DNA of 55,074 nt, counting the filler, from Dimargaris cristalligena (lineage: Eukaryota): assembly GCA_003614675.1 (NCBI GenBank). It is 2 parts of 2 records of this genome, joined end to end, with 100 filler letters (N's around TTAATTAATTAA, not from the genome) between each part and the next. Parts side by side here need not be neighbours in the genome. Positions count along the whole stretch, not along the records: positions 27,589 to 55,074 come from ML002519.1; 1 more part is not named here. One strand, written 5' to 3'. A model generated the notes under the pieces. That model was not told the origin of the DNA. It saw only the letters and a program-made list of their open reading frames with translations, and made no database searches. Below, piece after piece: positions 47,979 to 55,074 of the stretch; the first letter of the stretch is position 1, and each line of letters opens with the position of its first letter. Both the position numbers and the translations under genes were made by a program.

Positions 47979-50669
47979 TCGAATGCACGTGTACGAGGGC
48001 ACTGTATTCTCACCCGCTCCTTGGTTACGTTCTAAGCGTGGTCACTATTGGCTATACCTGGCGACTCGTATCACTATTTTTATTATTAGTTTAAATCTCA
48101 TTTATCTTTTTTTAATTACTTATTTCCTAGCCTCTTTTCCTGTTCAACGTCTGTCCGGGTTCTTCGCATTTCAGTAAATTGGTCGGATTCGTTACATTTC
48201 TTCTGCTACCTTGGTTTAACTTTTTTTTTACCGGTCAAGCACTATTATTTCGAAATTGGCTCACTCTAGAGTCTCGTCCATTTTTCCATATTATCTTTCT
48301 CATAATTTTTGTCACCAATTTGCTCACTTTCTGTTATGCAATCCCTTATGGAGTTGTGCCACCCGATTGTTTTCATTTCCCCCGCATTTGTGGGAGACTT
48401 GGCTATGCGCTGAATCTCCCACACCCATTCCCCCTACTCCTCACAATATCCTGTTCACTTCCCCCACCCCCACTCTTCCATTTCTTCATCAGTTCCTTCA
48501 ATGAATGTCTTTCTATCCTGCAGTGCTTTATATTGGTAGTCTAGACATCGTTTTCAACAATTTGTGTTGCTGTAGTGGAGTCCAAAGAGGCGTTATTATT
48601 ATTTGGCTACGGAAAGCGCTGCTTCTCAGTTTTTGCAATTGTCAAATCGATAACCGCACTCTCATTTCTCTGTATCTTAGCAGATCATGTCAGCTTGTAT
48701 GTTGTTCTCTGCACCCTTGTTCTCCATTTTGCAGTATATTTTGCAATAGCATTCGTTCGTAATACGTTATTCACTTATCATTAACTCTTAATTAATCCAG
48801 CATAATTGAGCTGCATAGCTTTTCCCTATTCACCCTTAATTAGCCTAATCCCCATCCTTCCTTTTTTGCTAAATCTAGGGGGTGTCATAACTATACTAGG
48901 GTAAACATCCCTAAGCCCACGAGTAAGCTTATATTTTTCATTGCCTTTTTTGCAACCTGTCTCCGTGCTTTACACTATATCTAATGCTAGGCTTGGTTCA
49001 ATAAACAGTTTGATTATAACCCCTAAAGGTCCCTGCTAATAGTGCCTAGGAATTATTGTGTATATTTAGCTCTCTCCAGGCCAGATGTTCATTTGCCGCC
49101 AATTTATATATATATATATATATGTGTGTGTTTCAGATAATTCGGCAGTATTCATTAATAGGTTGTATTTATAAATGGGCTCAAACGGCGCACTAATTTT
49201 CGAGTGACATTAGAGTCACATGTCCATAATGGGGTATGCGCCGTATTAGTATATACACATATATCTATATATAGATATTTGGGTATACAGGTATGTCGGG
49301 GGCCAAATTGTCTGGGTGTCTGGAGTTGGCAAATTGTTGGGTGTCCTACCATATGTACCACACTATACGGCCGTATCCTACTGCTCGCCTAGGGACTATT
49401 GTGGCCATTGCGTTGGGTATAGCTACAAGGTATGCGAGAATTATTAGGGACTAAAGCAGTCCACTCATTGGAGTTGGGGCAGCCTTATATTGTCACTTCC
49501 CAAGCACTACTCTTATTTTACTCGTATTTATGGCCCAAAAAGCGAGATGTGGCCCGTAATGTTACTTCCAATACACATGTACATTCCCCTCTTCCTTGTA
49601 AACCACAGTTACTACGGTTGCCAAGAATTAGAATACTATTTCATAACATATATAGTTTGCCTCTTTCTACGTCACAAAGAGGAAGAGTGGAAGTGTCCGA
49701 TATTGGCCATCGACGTACACGGCCGCTGGGGGCGTAGGCCAGTCCCACCCATGGGATATGGAGATTCCGGTAAAAAAATGAAGGAGGCGGGCTTGTATAT
49801 GTGTGCGTTTCCGTTGGTGGGGAATGGGAGAGGACAGAGGAAAGACTCGGAGTTGAACGAGGAAGGGGAGTATACTTTACGAAATTCCACTGCGTCTGGC
49901 CCCCTATTCGCATTACGCAGGGCCCACTGGCTTGATAGTATACCTTCAACTAACAAGCTGGCATATAGGATGTCCCCTTAATCTTCCCGGGATTCTTAAG
50001 GGCAACCCAGTGGTATTGCAATGTCAAATCAAGGGCAATGTAGTCAAGGCTGCAAGGTGCACTAAAATGAACTAAAAGGAAGAGCATACTAATAATAAAA
50101 ATGTGTGGGCGCCCTAATTATCAATACATACATATACATACACTTACAGGAAACCGTTAAACATAGCCTTAGTGCACGAATAAAGCAATATGAGGGCCCC
50201 TCTATCTGTACTCTCGACGGAGAGGACTCAATTGATTTAAAGGAGGCCAATTGGGTAAAGAACCGAACCAAGTTTACTTCAATAAAGAGCGCAGGTACCA
50301 TACTATTGAAGGAGGCCCTGTGCTTCCCTCGGTGGCTGTAATGTGTCTTCTATCCTCGGCCATTCATGCCTTCCTATTACAGTTGTATTCAATCCCCCTC
50401 TACATTAACTCCCCTCCGGTATGTCTTATAAAATCACCCAAAGCCCCTTTGCTTTCCCTTTTTTTGTTATACCTTTTTTCCGCGGCATCCGCTATTTTTT
50501 TCATTTGGCATCAATGTCATTATCCCCTCCTCCACCTCACTCTCTCGGATTTCTCTAAATCCCTTCCGCCTTTATTTGCAGTTCATTAAAGGAATTCGCC
50601 ACCTCTCTCTCATTTTTTTAATTTATTTATTAAGCTGAGCGTTCTTTACTTCCAGCAGGGTCACTAAAT

Positions 50670-52463
50670 ATGAAATCCACCGGAGCTTCTGTTTCCTTTT
50701 TGGGCCTAGTTCTGGTCCAACCTTTTCTCTCCACTGCCGTATCTAGCCCCACTTTAGCAAAGAGCGGGAAGGGGGATATTGGGGTCACAACTCCCCTCAT
50801 ATGGAGAAATACGTACTATACGCCCAAGTATTTCAGCGATTACTCTGTCGCTTCTCCGCCTAAGGTGCCTGCTAGCCGTCGAAATTCCAACGCCTCCACA
50901 ATTTCCCGTAACTCATCCACCTCTTCAAGACAGAACTCCCTCCCTGCTAATAGCTGGGACGATTCCAAGTCGTCTCCGCGGGTTTGGAGCGGCGGTTATA
51001 CAATGAGGGGTCGCTCTTGGGACAGTGGACTTAGGGAGCCTAATAAGTCCCCATCGCTACCCCCTACAAATCGCCGGGACACAATGTCCAATGTGCAGGC
51101 CAAATATTTGACTCCAGCGGTAAGGGGTCCGTCACCATCATCCCAATCACTGCCGCTCGTAAAACCTAGTCCAGATTTAACCTCGGAATCTCGCCCAAAA
51201 TTGATTGAACATAAGCTGGAAGACGTAAGTGTTTTTATATATTGTATAATTGAGTGCATTCGTGTACCTCACTCCAGCGCTTAATTGCATATATATATAT
51301 AGATATATATATATTAAACAAAAGATTCCCGTGGTCAATCCTGAGTCTTACGATTGAACACTGTGGACTGTGCCGAATGCCATAGCTGGAGTTAAATTTT
51401 GGGGCATCAGTGGATACCCGGACCAGCATGATATTATATCATACACCCATATATGATTTCTCTAACTCTGGGAATTTCTATATACTGTCTACTTTTGGTT
51501 TTGTTTGGGATTCTTAATTGCTACGCTGGTCAGGTAAAACGTATGGTTTCTTCCTGGCTTATATCACCGCCGGCTTTAATCTCGGCCACTGAACTCCGTG
51601 CGTTAATACCATTAAACTTAGAGGATGCCATGATGAGTGAGGTCGCCCACGATCTTGTTCCCGGGATCGCTCGGTCTACCGACCCCAAATACGTTGAAAT
51701 GGTAGCCCCCATGTTGGATCTATTCCGCGGGAAATGGGGATATGTAGATTACACCACGTTAACCTCCCCACAGCAAGCCGCCACCTTCCCCTTGCTAGAC
51801 GTGGCTCTGGAGTTACCAGTGGCTGATGTAGTGAATCTAATCACTGCTCTAGCGACGGGTGAGTATTCCCAGGAAACTATGGGCCAAGTCCTGGTCTCTA
51901 CCGGATCTGGTTTAGGCAGTAGCGTAACGGCCTACATGACGAAGCGTCCTTCGATGGTTGAAAACTCCCAACGGACAGTACTACAGGAATTCGTATTGGT
52001 GTTAATCGCCCTTTGGGCGACCTCGGGACACTTCAATAAACTGGCGGAGCTACGAGGCTCCTGGGACTCGTTGAAGGAGAATATCGGGACCCAAGGTCGC
52101 GACTGGTTGGATGAAATAGTGGCTACATTGGCAAGCACACCCGGCTCAAGAAATGACCAGCCGGCTCAGTCCGGCAGCCAAACCTGTATTCAGCAACTTG
52201 AATTGAACCCATTGGGTCGTCCTTCCCAGGCCCGGATTTCTGGGCTTCAGTCGAAAGCCGTGGTAGACAAAGAGTGTCTAAACATCTCTAATCGGCGTGC
52301 GGTTCAGCTAATCCCACATTCGGATGGTTCTACGGGAGTGGCATTGCGAGTGAATCGATCAACGTTCGACTTGCTTATCTCAACTGAACCAACCTCTAAT
52401 ATCAAATGGCTCACCGAGAACGAGACCAGCCACATTTTGAAATCAGCCCAATTATTACTCTAG
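50670..52463 (+). CDS. Putative secreted hypothetical protein (494 aa); exons 50670-51224, 51534-52463
   Basis: Signal-peptide-like MKSTGASVSFLGLVLVQPFLSTAVS-SP. A GTAAGT...CTAAC...CAG intron joins two ORFs in phase 0. Ser-rich N-half, globular-looking C-half. Confidence 0.75.
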
Positions 52464-55074
52464 ATTCCCCGGCATACTCTCATTCGACGTGTTAGAATAT
52501 ATTGAGTGATTAGTCCTGTAGTATTACGACTAGCCGTATGTTGATTGGTATCATTAGACGTTCGCTAAGAGATTATCCCAATAAAATTCGAGCTTTAAAG
52601 TTAGTATATATTGAATCTACTCTACAAATTCACAGTAGATACAATATTATCTCCTCACATTATCCCAGGGTGCTTCAGTCACTACTGATATCATTTTTAC
52701 TTGGCAATGTATATATATGATGTGTTCAAATCCCCTCTCGCCTGCTCTTCGATTATACCCATCTAATTATGTTCTTTTACCTTCAAGTACTTTTTTCATT
52801 CTGGTTATTTTTTCCATTTAAAAATAACCATCAGATTTCATCCCCAGAGAGCCCGCCTCTCTATAACGTATTATACGCTCCATAGGCATGTATCCTTCCC
52901 AACACCGAACTTAGGCCATAGCACCCTGTACCTACTCTTTTACTTGTACCGAATAAATATATGACTACTACACAGTCATAGGTATTTAGTTGTGGTTAGC
53001 TAATTGTTGCCGGTAAGCCCCTGTGCAATCATGGCACATGTATACCGAGTTAGCACAATTTCTGCTTCTAGCCGGATCTTAATAAATTTGCACTATATGT
53101 ACTGCCGTGGGAATCGATGGTGTCGGCAGGGCTAGGCAATTCCGTCGATAACGGTCGAAAAGGACGTTCAGGATTCAATGTTTGGTGATAACAAGCCTAC
53201 GACGACAAGGAGTTTTCATAATCGATATCAAATAACTTTGATAGGATGAAGTATTGGCGTATTCCTAGTGAAATTATTATAGGAAATATAGTAAAGAAAA
53301 ATGGATATAAAAACCCACTGATTTTCTGCCTCAAAGAGAAGTCTTGAGAATTTTTCGTCCTCTTTCTTTAAATAATAACATATTGAATAAATCTTTATTA
53401 GTGTCACCATGTCTCTCTCCGATGATTGTAAATCAAAGAATGTCGCCCCCGGGGAACCCTCGACATCTGCGCTTGGTGAAAAGGGAGGCGAAACTCATCT
53501 GCGCGACGTAGGCGCTGACCCGTCCCCCACCGACCCCAACATATACACATAGATATTAATAGAGTGTGGGAATATTGTAAGATAATCTAGGTAATTATCT
53601 TATTCATATGTTATTTTTATTTTATTTTAAAAAAGTGAAAGTCAGAGAGGAATGTCTCAGTGAGCCACTCTACCTCATGGTGTCTATTAGTTTACAGACC
53701 TTGGATTACTAAAAGTATTACCTTGCTTAAGATGCCACTAAAACCTAGTTGTGAGAAACCACCAATTCCTACGTAATGGTGTGCCCACTCTGGATGTTTA
53801 CTATTACAATACGCCAAGATATAATAAAAGCGTTTTCTGCGCCCTAATGGACTGGGTATTACCATTCGCGTAATAAACAGCATAAGTTGCCATCTTACTA
53901 TAAATTATTATAGTAAATTAACACCCTACTCCAAAAATTAAGGGCCATGTGTTTACATGGTATACAACAATGTACAGTAGATATTACTAACTGATTATTG
54001 GGCCAGGTAGTTTGTTGTATTTTTAGAGATCATATAGGCGCCTCGGATGCTTCTAATAGTTCTTGACTACGGTTAGGGAAAATGGGGTCAGAGAGCATCA
54101 TATTCCAGTCACAACAATACATACTTTTACTCTTCATTTGCGTCTCTCAAGCTATAAGCACATCAATATTTATATATTGCAATCAGACACACCTATCGAA
54201 CTCCGCCTGTCTCTAGACGTGTTATACTACAAAAACCATCACCTAATATTTTCCATTGTTCATTCCGGAGATTTAAGTTGAAGAACCCGATTATGGCAGT
54301 GCCCATCGTTATGACTGCTTTACAGCCATCTGCCAAGGACTTTGACCGGAATATTTGTCTTCCAATGTCAACATTTACTGGTTGTAGCAATTTGTTCTGA
54401 CATACCCCTGGTGTTTCTACAAAGTCGGCATTTAATGATCACCCCAGACAATGTAGTTGGTAGAGGAACGAATTTTACATGGAACCGAGTGGGGATCATG
54501 GTCAGAGTATTCGGTAAGCAGGCACTTGGCAACCATAGGGGGATATTATTTTTATGTATTGGTAAGTGGCGCTTATTGGCGGTTCTTGTTGCTTAGATGT
54601 GGGCTGGGTTTGACTAGGCTGTATAACGGAAGATGCCGCTGAGGGAGACAGTTATTATTGGCTATATACAAATCCCCCGCCTATTCCATCGTCTATATGA
54701 GTGAACTTCAACCCAGCTGTATAAGACTTTACATAATATGCCTATGGGATAATATGTGAGAGAATAACCTTTGACCAGGGATATCTACCTCGTCAAACGG
54801 ATTATTCGTTATACAGCCTGGATGAACTTCTGCCATATTATAATAAAAATAAAATACAGTTGTACTGAATTTCGCCCATATCATACTCATTTAATTGCTA
54901 AGGCCATGCATTACTTATCTATGGCTTTTAATAGGGTATACAATCGAATTCATAAGCACGGCCGACTCTATAGTATCTTCAGGATTACCAAACAATTATG
55001 TCAGTCCCAGTGTCTAATATCTAAAGGTATGTCCCCCAAGTATTACATAGCAAGTCATAAACTCGGCTTCATTG

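Noticed and set aside
54457-54642. WGSWSEYS, resembling a thrombospondin WSxWS motif
   Set aside because: A short non-ATG ORF lacking the TSP1 cysteine and arginine pattern; likely chance.

Overview
Eukaryotic, fungal genomic DNA from a draft scaffold with two 100-nt gaps. It has GT-AG introns with CTAAC branch points and fungal-type Aro7, Kin4-like and DUF2423 genes; an early-diverging lineage such as Zoopagomycota is my inference, not proven. I reconstructed 12 protein-coding genes by hand: a secreted orphan, a 5-exon GAD/CSAD-like PLP decarboxylase, two tandem NADP-dependent alkenal reductases, a forkhead transcription factor flanked by unusually large noncoding regions, PDCD5, glycerol-3-phosphate dehydrogenase, chorismate mutase, a UPF0132/DUF4870 membrane protein, a DUF2423 protein, a Kin4-like kinase and a second secreted orphan. 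No RNA gene, intact mobile element or CRISPR array was recognised. The most interesting signals are: (1) one GPD gene carrying a putative mitochondrial N-extension, a PTS1-like SKM end and a splice donor overlapping the stop codon; (2) a chorismate mutase with an in-frame targeting/signal-like N-extension; (3) consistently distant branch points with long AG-free zones; (4) a cluster of forkhead sites downstream of the forkhead gene.
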